Source of the DNA: Pristiophorus japonicus
Taxonomy: Eukaryota
DNA: 64,000 bases
Reading direction: 5' to 3'
Assembly: GCF_044704955.1 (NCBI RefSeq)
Contig: NW_027254113.1
Location: 496,001-560,000 of the forward strand
Shown here: positions 37,928-50,539 of the stretch, one piece after another
Layout: the number at the start of each line of letters is the position of its first letter
Position numbering within the stretch: the first letter of the stretch is position 1
The notes under the pieces: model-generated
Told to the model about the DNA's origin: nothing
Databases searched by the model: none
What the model saw: the letters and a program-made list of their open reading frames with translations, nothing else
Made by a program: the position numbers and the translations under genes

Positions 37928-39195
37928 CTCAACGGACAACTGCCGAAAACTTGCGAATTAAGAGCTAGACTAACCTTGGACGAGACAGGGGGAGAGTGGC
38001 CACTGGAGTGATTATGATTTCAATACTGTTCCAGTTTCCCCCGGTTTCAAAAGTCTGAGAAAAGTTTAGCCACTTGCTGGTTCTCGGGTAGTGTCTGAAC
38101 GAGATTCATAACAATTTGGCGAATAGCTTCTAAATTTAGAAATAAGTGTTCAATTCAGGTACGACATCGACCTTGTATATCACTTGGTCCGTCTAGGCAC
38201 TGATTGAATTTAAACTGCGCAGTGACGCGAAAGGATAGGGAAATTTGGAGACTAAAAGAAATTAAATAAGGCTCATAAGAAATCAAATTTAGAAAATTAG
38301 GCTCACAGGGAATAAAATGGGGAATTAAATAGAGGATAGGTGTTCAATTCAGGTACGACGTCGACCTTGTATAGCACTTGGCCCGTCTAGGCACTGATTG
38401 AATTTAAATCCCGCAGCAACTCGGAAGGTAGGGCCGACACAAACGCGCAGTGGCGCTGACGCGCAAACGATGTGAGACGTGCAGCGGCGCGAGCGTGCGG
38501 CCGAGAGGTGGAGGGCCGACGCGAATGCGCAGCGGCGCTGACGCGCAACTATGCAAGATGCGCAGCGGCGCGAGCGTGCAGCCGAGTAAAGGAGCGCTGA
38601 CGCAGACGCACGGCAGCGTGAACACGTGGTGACGTGGGACGTGCGGCAGCACGCGCCTGAGTAAACGTGGGCCTACGCGAATGCGCAGCAACGCGAACCG
38701 CGAAAGTCAGTGCTAGTGTCAGTAAATCTATGTCAGTATTAGAGTCTTTGTTTATCTTAATTATTCTAATCGCGCGGCGATGCAAACAACGGGGCGACGC
38801 GGGAGTCTCAAGTATCGCGCGACAACGTGAACCGCGGGGCGATGCGGATCAGTGTTAGATTTAGTAAAGTCTTTGTTTAGTGTTTTAAATCGCGCGGCGA
38901 CGCGAACCGCGGGGCGACGCGGATCAATGTTAGAGTCTTTGTTTATTTTAAGTATTCTAATTGCGTGGCGACGCGAACTGCGGGGCGACGCGGGAGTCTT
39001 AAGTGTTCTAAATTGCGCGGCGACGCGAACCGCGGGGCGACACGGATCAGTGTTAGCATTAGTAAAGTCTGTTTATTTGGAGTTGGTTAAAAGTCAGTGT
39101 TAGTTTCCGTAAAGTCTGTGTTTATTTTAAGTTTGTTTAAATTGCACGACGACACAAACGCGTAACGACACTGTAATACGAGGGGCAGCGTGAAA

Positions 39196-41126
39196 ATGGG
39201 TAATCAGTTGGATAAAACAATGGATGCGGATAGTCTGCTACAAAAGTTACGTGAGGAATTCCCTGAAAGAGCTGAAGACTTTAGAAAATTATCAGGAGCC
39301 CTGAAAAAATTATTAGGAGATGACCAGTGGCCTCTAGGTGGCACTAGAAGCGTAGAGGTAGCAAAAAAAGCACAGGGATTAATTTGGATAAGGGGACGAG
39401 GAAAAGGGGACAAAAATTTAATTGCAACATGACGACACTATTGTCAAAAATTGAAAGATGCATCACTTCTGTCAAGTTGGCAAATAAATGCTATTAAATT
39501 GTGACTCTCATTGACAGAGGGAACACATGTTAAAACTGTAGACGTCTTAAAAAAAGAATGTGTACACGAGAAACTTGCTAAGAGAACCTCTGGGACCTCT
39601 GAGAAAGGTATTCACCGACTACGTAGTAAAATGGCTGGCTTTGTGTTAACCGAGGCTGATGATGAAATTGATGAGTGGCAACTGACTCAGCGCCCAACGG
39701 CGCCTCCCGCACCCCCTGGCCCCTTGCTCCAGTCCTCTTCCCAACACCCTCCACCTAACACTCCGGCGAAAAGAGTTAAAAATAACCCCATACCACCAAA
39801 GCAACAAACCCAAACTGGGTCCTCATCCTCTGATAGTGATTCAGATCCCCAGTTCACAAGCAATATAGCCGAAAGGACCAGATCTCACACTCGAAAGGGC
39901 AGAACTATATCTCGATATCACAAACAGTCCTGTAAATCTTCTAGTCAATCTACCAGTCCAAGTTGTGAAAGACATAGCAAACACCCCTGCCGATCGAGAC
40001 GCAGAACTGTCAAGCAGTCAGACAGCTCTGAAACATCCTCCGACCTAGAAATTTCCAAGATCCCAAAGTCCCGACACCAATTCCCTGTCAGACCGATGCC
40101 AAATCCTGATGCACAACAAGCTGCAGACCACCCCACTATAGATATCTATGTGCCTTGGAAACCAAACGAAATTATGGCCCTTATGGCCAGCATACCAGAT
40201 CGGAAAAAAGAACCTATCAAATTTATAGATTATCTTCGAACAACTATTTCAGTTTATAATGCAGAATCAAGGGACCTGTGGGCCTTAGTAAAGCAAACCT
40301 TTAGCCAAACTGAACACACCCGATTTCTAACTCACCTAGGACTTGCTACTCATGATGCATTGTTGATTGCTCACCCTAACGATATCCAGGATCGCCTAAA
40401 CGTTATCTTCAATGCTCTCACCACGACCCTTCAGAAGCCCATCAGTATGGCCACAGTATTAGAAACTAAACCCAAGCGTGAAGAAACTCCCGATGAATTT
40501 ATCGAAAGATTTATTGAAATGTATGGGAGTCAATCAGGAGATAATGCCTTCAGTGCAGGAGAGGATTCTCCTCAATTTTGCACTATCCTACTTCAGTGCT
40601 TGCCCTATTCGATTGCTCACGCTATTCGGACAAATAATATGAATTGGGCAGATAACAATAAAGCCCAGATGGAAAGGGCAGTTAGATATTATTGGCAGGA
40701 AAAGAAAGGGGAGGGGGCAGGTGCGCCCCCAACCCGAGTCAAGACTGAATACGTGACTAGAAAGGAAGAGCCGCCTCAGGTGGAAGGTCCAAAACCCGAC
40801 CCAAGGGGATACCAGATGGAACCGCAGTATTGCGTGCCTGGTTGGGTGGATAAACAGGGATACGGTTATATCGAACACCCAAATGGCCCGGGCCCTGCTA
40901 ATTACGACCGCCCTACTGTCCCCGGCCTGGTATGGGAAGAGGTCGGGGCTTGGAAAGAAGAGATGGATGTTTTTATTGTGGGCAGGAAGGACATTGGATT
41001 AAAAATTGCCCCTACCGTCAGCGTGGAAAAGGAAGAGGAGGGAAAGGAGGGGGGCAAGGGGGGAGAGGAGAATTTTACACTAACTTCTCCCAGAACAACA
41101 CCTTTTGTCACTTGTCCCCTGATTGA
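39196..41126 (+). pseudogene. gag: gag
   Basis: MGNQ myristoylation start; WPLGGT; PTAP; YVPW; major homology region ETPDEFIERF; knuckle CFYCGQEGHWIKNC; stops and a frameshift. Confidence 0.9.
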
Positions 41127-44100
41127 CCACACAGCTTGATTGTACAGGGATCCTCCCCGGAGGACGAACCAATGATATTGTTAAAAATTCTGAATGAGTG
41201 GCAACCCTTTTTGATAGATACGGGAGCCTTCATGTCTTCTGTACAATCAAAGCTTAAACTCCCTGCCTCTACTGAAACACAGGAACTTTCATGATTCCTG
41301 GGACAATTCTCGACATTCCCGGTGTCAGAACCAGTTAAAGTGGGTTACCAGGAAGAATCGGTAGAACATCGATTTGTCATCACTACCAATCTGGACTGTA
41401 ACTTGATGGCTAGAGACCTCCTCTGCAAATTCCAGTTGCATTTGGAGTGTGGAGATGATGGGATTATTGTAAAACAGGGAACCCTTAAGCAGCAGTGTTA
41501 TACCACTAGAACCCCTCAGTGGTGGTCTCTGGACCTGCCGCAGGCACCCTATCACATAACCCTAGCAGACTATCCCAGCAGAAAGAATCAGGACGTGCAG
41601 AACTTTTATCAGGATCACGAAGGGGAAGTGAAGGGAATTCTATTAAGGGCTAGAGTGACTGGACCGGAAGGAGAGGCAGATTTTGTGGAAATGGATAAGA
41701 ATCTGTGGAAACAGCCCCTAACAATGGCACCGCATATTGCTCGTGAAGTATTAGCCCCTCACCATGCTAAAGATTTGGGAGTTATGGTACGCAAGGCCAT
41801 AGATGAGGCTGACCCTACCTGCCGGGATGTGCAAATCGTAAAGCATGGCCAAACAGTCCAATTTCATGGGGACGCCGAGAAGGTCTTAACGACTCTACAG
41901 CATCATACTGGCTCGGACATACCTGACTATGGGGATCCTCATGTGTGGGCAGAGGACCCTTCCCATGTGGGTTATACTCCCATTGATCCGATTGAGATCC
42001 CAGTGAAGGGCAATGTTGACTGGCCCTCTATCCGACAGTACCCACTGAAATCACAGGCAATACCGAGTATCCACCGATTGATTAAGGGGCTAATGGAACA
42101 GGGGATTTTGGTTCGAAGCCAGTCCCCGTGTAATACTCCTATACTGGCAGTGCCTAAGCCAGGCAGACCAAACGAATACCGTTTGGTCCAAGACCTGCGA
42201 GCTATCAATGCTATCGTCCAGCCCCTGCATGCTCTGGATCCCAACCCAGCACAGATACTGTCTTTAATCCCAGCAGACGCCAAGATCTTCACAATAATAG
42301 ACCTCCAACACGCCTTCTTTGCTTTACTGCTAGCCCAGGCGAGTCAGTACCTATTTGCCTTCACTTACCAGGACAGCAATATACCTGGACGAGACTTCCC
42401 CAAGGGTTCATCCACTCCCCAACCTTATTCTCAAGGTGCCTGCAGAAACAGTTACAATCTCTCATGCTGACTAAGGGATCTCCTTTAATTCAGTATGTGG
42501 ACGATTTACTGGTATCCCGCGTAGATGAACCAAGTAATAGAGAGGATGCTAATCAGTTATTGAATTACTTGTCCTAGTATCTCCGTCAAAGTCAAAATTG
42601 GCCAGTCTCAAGTAAAATTTCTTGGGATCATTTTAACAGGCACACACCGAGCCTTGGAGGCATGTCGAATCAAACCCATCTGCCAGTTTCCAGTCCCTAG
42701 CACGGCTAGACAAATGCGGCAGTGGTTGGGGATGATAAATTACTGTAGATCCTGGATTCCTAATGCTGCCCTGATGACCAAACAGCTCACACCGTACACT
42801 ACCAAGGAAGGCAACTTTAAATTAGAAACCACAGACATCCAAGCCTTTAAGGAACTAAAAACAGCCCTGCTGCAAACTCCGGCTTTGGGATGGCCCCTCT
42901 ACGACCATCCCTTTCAATTGTATTGCACAATCATTAAAGATTGTGCTACTGCTGTTTTAACTCAGAAACACGGGGATAAACATAGGCCTGTTGCTTACTA
43001 CTCTTCTAAAACAGATCCCGTTGCCTTCGGACACCCCGTATGTACTCAAATATTAACTGCTATCTACAATAGCCTACAATCTGCCGCCAACCTTACCCTT
43101 CAGCAGGATAGTGTTGTATCTACTTCTCAGTCCGTAGCTGCCCTTTTGGGCCAACTGCAAACTCAACATCTTACCATGGCTAGGCAAAGTAGATATGAGA
43201 TCTACCTACTAAATAATCCAAGGCTGACCTTTCGGTACTGTACTGCCATCAATCCGGCTTGTTTTCTTATCGAGCCACCCAAGATGAGGAAGAACCCAGT
43301 CATGATTGTTTATCCTTAATTCAGGAGGCCACATCAGTCAGGGAGGATTTAGTTGATGTACCAATGGAGGATCCAGACTGTATTATGTATGTAGACGGAA
43401 GTTCTTTCATTGACCCAGAAGGCAGACGAAATTCTGGATACGCCATAGTAAACCAGGAGAATCAGATCGTGGAATCTGCCGCCTTTGAGACCGCCTATTC
43501 CGCCCAACAAGCTGAAGTATTTGCCCTTACCAGAGCCTGTATCCTGGCTAAAGACCTCAAGGTTAATATCTATACCGACTCTGGATATGCCTTTGGCATA
43601 GATCATGATTTCGGACAATTATGGAAAAATAGGGGATTCCTAACCTCACAGGGGAGTGGGATATCTCATAAACAGTTAGTATCTGATTTGTTGCAAGCCC
43701 TCATGTTCCCCAAACACATTGCCATTGTCAAATGTACCGCCCACACTACCGGAAAATCTCTGGTTGATGTAGGGAATCGTTGTGCTGACCAAGAGGCCAA
43801 ACAGGCCTCTCGTGGACAACGGATGGTAGTGCCCAGAATGATGAGTCAGACTAAAAATCCTGCGAAGGATAAGTTAGCCTCGGAAAAACCAATGCCAACC
43901 ATCCAAGATGTTATAAAAGCACAGGAGGACGCTCCTGAAAAAGATAAACTGTTATGGAAAGATTATGGATGTACCTATGACAATGTCTCTAAACTCTGGA
44001 CCACTCCCACGGAACAGACTTGCATGTCTGACGAGTTGGCCTCATGGGTTATAGAATGTCTGCATTTTGCTACTCATTGTGGAGCAAGGGCAACAAGTGA

Positions 44101-45031
44101 TACGCTTTTGGCTACTTGGTGGCACCCAAGACTTCAGGCGTTGGCGCAAAAAACTAGTAGTCGTTGCCTTCTTTGCCAACAGCATAATCCAGGGAAGGGA
44201 GTCCCCTGTGATTGGGGTAAGACGCCCCTACCAGAAGGTCCCGTTGAGACCTTGCAGTTGGACTACATTGAGTTGCAAAGGGTTCAGTGTTATAAATATG
44301 TGTTAGTAATAGTGGATGTATTCAGCAAATGGATTGAAGCTTATCCTACCCTAGACAATAAAGCTCAAACTGTTGTTAAAGTGTTAATGAGGGAAATTGT
44401 TCCTAGATATGGTATCCCTGCTCGACTGAGTTCCGATAATGGCCCTCACTTTATTGGCCAAGTTAACAAAGAATTCTGCTCCCAGATGCACATCAACCAG
44501 CAGCTGCATTGCGCCTACCGACCCCAAGCTGCGGGACTGGTTGAACGTGCTAATCAAACTCTGAAAACCAAACTTGCAAAACTAGTAGCATCAACTGGAC
44601 TAAACTGGCTTAAACTCCTTCCCATAGCCCTATTCCAGATACGCACTACCCCAACTGGTAAAACTAGGCTGACCCCCGCTGAAGTCATTTATGGCAAACC
44701 CCTAAGGACCCCTTGGAATCAGAATGTCCCCTCCACTGTCCAATTCCACCACATGACTGAGGAGATGACCACATACATTCTTTCCTTAACTCAGGCTCTG
44801 CGAGAAGCCCACAACCAGGTTCGAGGGGCTCACCTTGACCTCCCAGTTTTACCCGAATCATCCCTCGTGGTTCCAGGGAAGTATGTTCTGATTAAGAAAT
44901 GGGTTCGAAAAGGATTGCAGCCGCGATGGGAGGGCCCTTTTCAGGTGTTACTCACTACCCCTACTGCAGCTAAGGTAGAAGGGAAAAGTGCCTGGGTTCA
45001 CCTGCACCACTGCAAGCTCATCACCCTTTAA
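41127..45031 (+). pseudogene. pol: pro-(2H phosphoesterase)-RT-RH-IN
   Basis: LIDTGA; YRLVQDLRAIN; YVDD at 42494; YVDGSS; SAQQAE; HHCC; SSDNG; GPF C-terminal motif; several frameshifts. Confidence 0.93.
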
Positions 45032-45242
45032 ACAAATTTTGATGGTTAGTCTAATTCCTGTTTCTGTTCCAGATCTCCTCTTCCCCATAGCTGAACAAGG
45101 CAGTTGAAGGAGGACCAGTTTGAACTTTTACCCGTAAGACAGCCAAATACACTGATGGAGACCTGAAGAAGGGAAACGGGAAAACAGAACTCTTTTAATC
45201 AGCAAAATAATTGGACTATTTATCAGAATCCTGAGCCATAAG

Positions 45243-46680
45243 ATGAGACTGTGTCTGTATGCCACTGTCTGCATAATAGTGTTGATATATGAGTTTTGGC
45301 GCATGGGAAGGAAGACAAAGGCGAGAGCTCCATGTCAACACCTTTTTATATATGCCTTACGTTTATGCGGAAAAAGGGCACTTCACTAGATGCTGGGTGT
45401 GTCACATATCCCTATACATTCCAAAGGGGGAATTCCTTTGTGCACCGTTCCACTGACCCTAACTGAGACTGTCAGATGGATTCAAAGCCAAACTATAATA
45501 AAAGGAGGGGCCAATACAAGTACAAATGATGAAAGGCGGGTCAAAAGAGGGATCACGGAGACCAGGAGGAGTAACATACCGTTACCACCTGAACAAACAC
45601 GGGGAGGTCACCAAGTGGGAGGGTATTGGAGATCCCATTAGTCAGACGTTCCAGGGATGGCACCAACCAACCTACAACCGGGAAAAGGAACCCCCATTCA
45701 TAGCTCTGATCAATATCTCAGGGATTGGGAGGCCAACAGGGGGCATATGTCTAATTCGAAATGATACCAGTACCAGGGGACATGTCGTAGGGTATAGCAA
45801 TTGCCCACACAGTCTCAACCTCACCACAGGTGCACGGGTTACCATTCACTCTCATTATCCAAATAACACAGACGGGAGGTTGTGGGCCCAGTCTTGGGAC
45901 CCGGAGACAATATATCAGAAAGCAGCCTTTAACGGCACGTATTTCGTGTGCAGTCATAAGGCATATCCTTGGTTGCCCAGGCGATGGACAGGGTCCTGCT
46001 ATATGGGATATGTGGTGCCATTTAAGCGACAAGTACGTACCTTGGCGGAAGTACATGCCTCCATACGAGTTAAGCGAGCCATCACCCCCGCCGACAAGTT
46101 CTTTGGGGTCCTGGTGTTCCCAGTGGGGATAAAACGTCTCATGGATGAAGTACAGAACTTAGAAACGATATTGGAACAGGTAGCTAACCGCACTGCTGAG
46201 ACTCTGGAGGGCATCACAGCTGAAATGGTAGCAATAAGGACCGGAGCATTACAAAACCGAATGGCCCTCGATTACCTGTTAGCTGAGAAAGGGGGAACGT
46301 GTGCCCTGATAGGATCTGAATGTTGCACTTACATTCCTGATAGTTCAGAAAACATAACCCACCTTGCCGATCACATAAGGAGGGAGGTGAAGAAGTTATC
46401 CACACCAGCAAAAGAACTTAGCAGGTTTGATTGGTTTCTGGGTGGGTCTTGGAGATCCTATCTAATACATGGGGCAATTGTTCTCATCGTAATAATAATT
46501 ACCTACTGTTTGATTGTTGGTTGCCTTAACCTCTGCTGTAAAGTAATGATGGCAAGGTTAGCAAACCCTCTTGTGGTCAAGGGTTCCCGGGTTATGATCC
46601 AACAAATTAGAGAACTACTCAACAATAATATGATTCTGGAAATGGAGTGTGAACGGATGAATGCAATACTCTCAGAATGA
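45243..46680 (+). pseudogene. env: gamma-type env; SU frameshifted, TM open
   Basis: Acceptor at 45072; signal peptide; CWVC; furin RVKR; immunosuppressive domain LQNRMALDYLLA; CX6CC (CALIGSECC); TM span. Confidence 0.92.
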
Positions 46681-46715
46681 TCCTACATGTTATCATAGAA
46701 TGATAAAAGGAGGGA

Positions 46716-47274
46716 TGTGGATATCTGAACGGAATATATGGAATTAAGGACAGTAAAGTAAACGGGATATATGAAAATGTATAAGCCATGGTAGAATAGC
46801 TGGGAGAATGTCAGACTGCACATAGTGCAACATCAGCATAGTTAACAGTCTTTCCCAAGGTTTCAAGTCACTAATCCTGCCAATAACATAAATTGTAACA
46901 TGAAATGAATATACGGATAAATCTGCAGTATTGCAAGTCTCAGTTAGTAGTCACACCACTAGATTGAAACATTCAGAGGCAATGCTTGAGCTTTCGTAAA
47001 AATATCTCATATAGATTGACTAATGAGTGGCTGAGTTAGAATGTCAATCTAATTGTATTTTGTTATCTGATTTCAAAACTGTATAACTGTTGTCGCTTTA
47101 CGATGTAACTTCACCTATCCGTAGGGAGTGTGTACGCTCTATCCAGAGGGTATATCTTCTGTCTGATAGGTCTTGCCGGCCAGTAAAATAAAGACTGCTT
47201 TGTTCAAAGCACAAGAGGTATTCGACTCAGTAATTTTACTGAACCAGATTGAGAGAAAAGAATCTACATTTACA
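46716..47274 (+). repeat. 3' LTR
   Basis: About 98% identical to 37348-37907. Confidence 0.95.
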
Positions 47275-47278
47275 TAAC

Positions 47279-47557
47279 TTTCCTGTTTTCTTCTTATATC
47301 CTCACTTATTTCCTCTCATTACATTTTATACAGTGTTCACCATTTCATTCCTGAGCCCGGGGGAACTTTACTGTCTAATACAATATTATCATACTGTCTT
47401 TAAACATCGATCAAACATTCCCACTTGGTTCAAGTTTTGAACCAGTTTCTTTGTTTAATTTTATTTAACTGAACCTCTTCTTGGACCTTTTATTCTCCAA
47501 AAGATGCCAGAGAGCAATTCAGTCGACAACAAGAAGGATGTTAGTTACCTTTAGCAT
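47279..47557 (-). pseudogene. Fusion-glycoprotein-like gene A, 5' part
   Basis: MLKVTNILLVV signal-like start; TGSKLEPSGNV / FDRCLK parallels gene B; reads across the TSD into 37347. Confidence 0.4.
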
Positions 47558-47696
47558 AACAGTCGCCCCCAAAAACTTATTTCTGAATACATAGTTTGGA
47601 CAGAACCACAGAGACAGGACTTTTTCAAAAATAAAACATAATTATCGCAATTTTCAGTAAATTTTCCTTCCCATGGGTTTGACCAGCGAAGCTTAG

Positions 47697-47729
<33 letters not shown>

Positions 47730-47849
47730 CAGTTTTAATTTCACAAACAAATTATGCCCAGACTGTCATTTTACAAAGAAGACAAAAGTAACAATTGCGT
47801 TTGGATGCAGGTCATTTATCTTCCCCTTCGAGCAGTGTGACTTGGACAA

Positions 47850-48430
47850 TAGGATTACATCGGATATACGTCACAGAAACAGGCCATTCGGCCCAACCAG
47901 TCCATGCCGGCGTTTATGCTCCACTCGAGCCTCCTCCCTTCTTTCCTCATCTAACTATATCCACATAACCCTCGATTCCCTTCTCCCTCATATACTTGTC
48001 TAGCCCCCCCCTTAAATGCATCGATACTATTCGCTTCAACCACTCCCTGTGGCAGCGAGTTGCACATTCTCACCACTCTCCGGGTAGAGGTTTCTTCTGA
48101 ATTCCCTATTTGATTTCTTGGTGACTATCTTATGTTGATGGCCTCTAATTATGCTGGTCCCCACAAGTGGAAACACTGTATCTACTCTATCAAAACCTTT
48201 CATCATTTTATAGACATTATGTCACCCCTCAGCCTTCTTTTTTCCAAGAGAAAAGAGACCTGGCCTGTCCATCCTTTCCCGATAGGTACACGCTCGCCTT
48301 TCTGGTATCATCCTTGTAAATCTTCTCTGCACCCTCTCCAGTGCCTCCATACCCTTTTTATAATATGGTGAGCAGAATTGCACACACAAAGTCTAACCAA
48401 GGTTCGATACAAGTTTAGCATAACTTAACC
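47850..48430 (-). mobile_element. CR1 3' fragment
   Basis: CR1 RT C-terminus and 3' UTR on the minus strand. Confidence 0.8.
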
Positions 48431-48611
48431 ACTTTTCCATTCTATAATAATTCAATTCTATAACAATCGATCCCAATAATTTAACTCAATACTTTAAATT
48501 CTTAAGTCCAACTTTGTCAGCATGCTGCGACATTCGATGTCTGCAGATAACTGGAGATAATTTTGTTTTAACTGCTGGATCTTTTGCTATGCCATTTACC
48601 TCTTATCCAAC

Positions 48612-48955
48612 TGGAACTGGCATTGCCTAATATGGTCGTCTTTGGCTACGGCATAGTCCAGAGACACAAGTCTGCATTTTCTTCAACATACATCAACAAT
48701 GTTAGAAGCACGTAAAACACTGGTCTTCCTGTGGCAAGCACAAACCACTAGTCTCTGAAATTTTCTTATTCTAACATAATATTTCTAATCTAAACATTCT
48801 ATGATGAAAATATCCACGGCCAGTTGGTTGCAAACACCAACTGTTGCTCAGTGAAATCTTTCTCTAATGATAACAACCACATTTTCCCCGATATGGAATG
48901 AACTAAACATGAACACCTTTCAGAAGCTGAATTAACCTAGTTTCCTATGCCAACA
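48612..48955 (-). repeat. Diverged direct repeat, copy 2 (LTR-like)
   Basis: Shares GGCATTGCCTAATATGGT, CATAGTCCAGAGACACAAGT and CTTTCAGAAGCTGAATTAACC with 34340-34662; on the minus strand starts TGTT after GAGGGG. Confidence 0.7.
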
Positions 48956-49720
48956 CCCCTCACATCTTCCATTCACTTCAACTGAAAGGAAAATGCCAGA
49001 TTTTATCAGTCGGGATTTGAAAGATATTTACAACAGATGCTAGATATTCTTAGAGTTAGCATTGTTCTCTATTCTGTCTACTCGAGGAGTTTGATAACAG
49101 ACTTTCTCCTTTGAATGTAGAGCTGGAATATTGGGCCGGGATGTATTTACTTGGAAATCTTGTTGACTCTAAACCGTTGCCAATTATTTGATGTGATCTG
49201 TATTTCCTTAAATACATTTCCTGAATGGATTCAAATTTAAATTGAACCCAGGTTTGCAGGCGTGATGCTCCATTCACACATCGAAGGTGAGAGAGATGCT
49301 GTGGGGCACACTAAGTCCAGTATCTGAAAGTGATTCACAGACTGGGTTTAGTGTTTAGTGATCCCAGGCATGTTACCGACACCTTCCCACAATACCAAGG
49401 CTAGGAGAGGCACTCTGGAAGGTAAGGGGAACTGGCATTTGTCCACGAGAGTAACCGAAGGTATGAGAACTGAAATAATCCAGAGTTAGAAAGGAGAAAA
49501 GGCCCCAAAATGGTGCAGTCAGAAACAGGACATCAATTAGTCTCCTCTTATCTTGGAACATTAAATATCGACACACTGTTATTGAAACATCAAATATTAA
49601 TATTCCAGCCCAGTTATAGGGGTTATTATCATCAGAAACAAACTTCAACTGTCAGAATGGACACGATTCAGTCAGGATGTGATTAAGAGCAGCAATGATA
49701 GCAGAATCCAACAACTGCAG

Positions 49721-50410
49721 TCACTTGTGAACTCGCTGGTGTGTCAGCAGGCGGGATGACACAGTGAATCCCTTCCCACACTCAGAGCAGGTGAACGGCC
49801 TCTCCCCAGTGTGAACACGCTGGTGTGCCAGCAGGTCGGATGACTGAGTGAATCCTTTTCCACATTCAGAGCAGGTGAACGGCCTCTCCCCAGTGTGAAC
49901 AAGCTGGTGTTTCACCAGGCTGGATGACTGAGTGAATCGCTTCCCACACACGGGGCAGGTGAACTGCCTCTCCCCAGTGTGAATGTGTTGATGAACTTGC
50001 AGTGCAGACGGGTAGCTGAATCCCTTCCCACAGTCCCCACATTTCCACGGTTTCTCCGTGGTGCGGGTGTGCTTCCGTCTCTCCAGGTTGGATGATCAGT
50101 TGAAGTCTCCTCCACACACACAACACGTTTACAGTTTCTCCCCCACTGTGAATGGTGCGATGGTTTTTCAGGCTGTGTAACTGGTTAAATCTCTTTCCAC
50201 AATCAGTGCACTGATACACTCTCACTCGGGTGTGTGTGTCTCAGTGCTTTTTCAGTCACACTGATGTTTGTAATCTTTCCCCACAGACAGAATAAACAAA
50301 CATTTCTCCTTCCACATTCAAAGGCCGATGATATTCAAGTCCTGATGAATCGAGTGATTCTATCAGATCTTGTCGTGAGGTTTAGTTTGAGTTTCCCTCC
50401 TTCTAACACC
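49721..50410 (-). pseudogene. C2H2 zinc-finger cassette 3
   Basis: Four clean terminal fingers ending RVHK*, but the MEKPW start reads ACG and there is an upstream in-frame TGA. Confidence 0.85.
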
Positions 50411-50539
50411 CTGCAAAAGGAGTTTACAAAAGTCGTCACTGTAAGTCAGGATCGAAATTCAGAAGAGACAATTCTAGTTTCTATGGAACATTCTTTCATT
50501 CTGGTGTGTGGTTTTAAGTATTGACTTCATAAAAATAAT

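Larger units (their letters stand above)
37348..47274 (+). mobile_element. Full-length epsilon-like (class I) endogenous retrovirus, defective
   Basis: LTRs of ~560 bp with ~12 differences; exact 4-bp TSD TAAC (37344-37347 and 47275-47278); PBS; gag-pol-env; PPT AAAAGGAGGGA at 46705-46715. Confidence 0.95.

Noticed and set aside
38200-38240. Hammerhead ribozyme-like CTGA..GA / GAAA in the ERV leader
   Set aside because: Core reads CTGATTGA rather than CTGANGA, and the required stems are not evident
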